This document shows positions 61,760-64,000 of a stretch of 64,000 nt of DNA, piece after piece. Position numbers and translations under genes: made by a program. The DNA comes from Parasitella parasitica NRRL 2501. Lineage: Eukaryota > Fungi > Mucoromycota. The DNA lies in assembly GCA_025201805.1 (NCBI GenBank), contig MU619286.1:145970-209969 (forward strand), in the 5' to 3' direction. The notes beneath the pieces were generated by a model, which ran no database searches, was not told the DNA's origin, and saw nothing but the letters and a program-made list of their open reading frames with translations. The stretch's first letter is position 1. Each line of letters opens with the position of its first letter.

Positions 61760-63700
61760 TTGTACAACAAGGCTACATGCCTTTGATCTGACAGTGCCTT
61801 AACCTTTATCCTGGTGCTCAGATCTGTGTTACTTACAAGAATAACCTTCTTGATTTGAAACAGAGACTTTATTCTCCAATTTACACAGGCATATCACATC
61901 ACATCTTCAATTTAAGTACATTGCCATGATCTTCTGTTGATGATGTATTTCCACAGTGGAAAATAAAACAGAGAGTGTGGGTCAAAGAATTAAGCAAGAA
62001 GCCATTGATATCCACCAGCAATAATATGCAAAAAAAGGGACTGATGTGTCTGCCGCGGCCGAAATTGTAATGGATGATGTGAATTACTGGCAGTCTTTCA
62101 CACATCATATTGAATTAGTAAAGCAGATCTTAGTTCTTGACTAAGATCCTGAGAATAAAGCATTAATAATAAGAATTATACCATTAATATTATACATTTA
62201 AAGACGATTGTACAACTTGTACTCCACATTAATCAAACACTGCTTACTGCTTTCCCATGAAGCTTAATTTAATCAAGATCAAGTTATTACATTAGTAACT
62301 TGAATTCACTATATTTTACTTTACTATAAATAAGATGAAGTTCAAGGAGCTAACCAGAACTTCACTTACATTTTAACTTTAATAAACCAAGAAGAGTTAT
62401 AATTGTATTTTTCTAAGCTTTTTTTAATTTTTATAGCAATGGACCTTGGTTTACGCTCAATATTGGATTTGACTCACGAAGAAGACGTGTATCAGAGGTA
62501 TATTTTTTGAATCAACAATGGAAGACTATTTCAACAAGAAATACAAATTTGAAATAATAGCAACTTTTCCTACAGACTTTATTAATACTTGATCTACTGT
62601 TGCTCAACTTGCAATTAACAGGGGTACTTTTACTGTAGTATTAAAATACATATCAAAAATTCAAAGCCTCAATCAAAAAGCGAGGTGAATTATATATATA
62701 TTTTGAAATATTTAAGCATGTGGAAGTGAAGGAATAATCCGATAAACATTTAAAAATAAAAAAAAGCTCCCTTTATTTGGTGGGGTCCTGGTTCATCATG
62801 AGGATGCAAATTTATTAATTGTATTATTGAGAATAATGGTTCCATTTCAGAGCAAGAAGACGTATTCACCCTCTGGTTTCCCATCATCAAGAAGATTGTA
62901 TTACCTATAAAAAAATAATCAGAATGAAACAGGGAGAGACGATTAACCCATTTACCACCCGACGCAAACAGACCCGATGTTTGGATCATGGAAAAGTAAA
63001 AGGATTCAAAATCGATGTACGTTTACTGCTAGATTATGATGGAAGCGAAATCATTTCTGTGCTGGAGAGGTTGCGATAAATGCTTATGATGCGGATAAGC
63101 TTATTCATGATAGTGTTGTATCCATAGAATACCACGGCTACCTCTATTTCAACCCAGTTGTTATGGCAACCGTACTTGATCAGATCTAAGGTTAAATGGC
63201 ATCATCGATTATTCCATCTAGTAAATAAAAGTATTCAATAGAATGTCTTGTATAAGAAACCATCTATTTGGGTTCTACTCATTCTAAATTGCGAAGCTCA
63301 ACTTATCGATGAGTGATTCACATTCATAACGATTAGCTGATTAAGTATAGAAATAGGTCTTGCTCTGACTACTACTGTGTTATAATCTTGTTTGACAATT
63401 AAATGTCAAACATGACCTGATTGTATTTTATAGGGTGTTTCAGATAGATCTATTCTAGTATAAATAGACAGCTTCTTGTCAATTTGATCTGCCATAATTA
63501 TAGACAGAAGATCATGACAATGTACTTCAATTGAAGATTGAAGATTGTCCAATGATGTGATGTGATACGCTTGTGTAAATTGGAGAATAAAGTCTCTGTT
63601 TCAAATCAAGAAGGTTATTCCTGTAAGTAACACAGATCTGAGCACCAGGATAAAGGTTAAGGCTCTGTCAGATCAAAGACGTGTAGCCCTTGCTGCACCA
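61760..63700. repeat. Inverted repeat pair of about 175 bp (61760-61938 / 63503-63700) enclosing about 1.56 kb
   Basis: TTTGATCTGACAGTGCCTTAACCTTTATCCTGGTGCTCAGATCTGTGTTACTTAC... recurs as its reverse complement at 63540-63690, with a short indel; no TSD identified. Confidence 0.88.
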
Positions 63701-64000
63701 TGGCCAACTTGTGTGATAAAATCCTAACTACTGGTGATGCTTTAGCAACTAGGTGTCCAAAATAAGCACCAGTGATTAGATTTTACACATAAAATGTAGA
63801 ACTCAATCACTCAAACATCGTAAGCTTCAATTAGAACTCCCTTTTAGTTTTTCGCGAACCATTTTCCATTGACGTTATGCTCAAGAAATTGCAATCAGAC
63901 GTTTATTCATCACTAAACTTTAAAAACAATCACTAAAAATAGAATAAGTGATTGATTCATCACCAAGCATTTAAGAATATCACTGTGAATAAGAAGAGTG

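Overview
AT-rich eukaryotic DNA with short (about 50-85 bp) GT-AG introns; gene content and transposon families point to a Mucorales fungus (inference, no database search). The gene-dense core (about 6-47 kb) holds a TMEM164-family gene, an RBM5/10-like RNA-binding protein and a mirror-symmetric histone cluster (H2B<-|->H2A ... H3<-|->H4 ... H2A<-|->H2B, the two H2A/H2B units forming a near-identical 1.2 kb inverted repeat). It also holds four ribosomal protein genes (uL15, uL10/P0, eS21, eS27), a Myb/SANT-like protein, a large PPR protein, a bHLH-Zip factor, SNM1/PSO2, VPS1, a Q-rich protein, a glycerol-3-phosphate acyltransferase and a GATA factor. The flanks (0.9-6 kb, 47-64 kb) are mostly decayed transposons: DIRS-type recombinase, Helitron, Tc1/IS630 and PIF/Harbinger remnants, plus a tRNA-Thr(AGT). 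The most notable content is four separate Fanzor/TnpB-like (RNA-guided nuclease family) loci of visibly different subtypes. One sits in a 1512-bp element with PIF/Harbinger-type 24-bp TIRs and TAA target duplications, one in a ~2.4 kb element with long degenerate subrepeated TIRs, one is a ~4.1 kb giant gene with all three RuvC acidic residues still present, and one is a short fragment. All four copies are damaged here. An apparently intact six-exon PD-(D/E)xK nuclease-fold gene lies among the decayed elements. Two assembly gaps (210 and 215 N) limit interpretation. Exon boundaries were read by eye.
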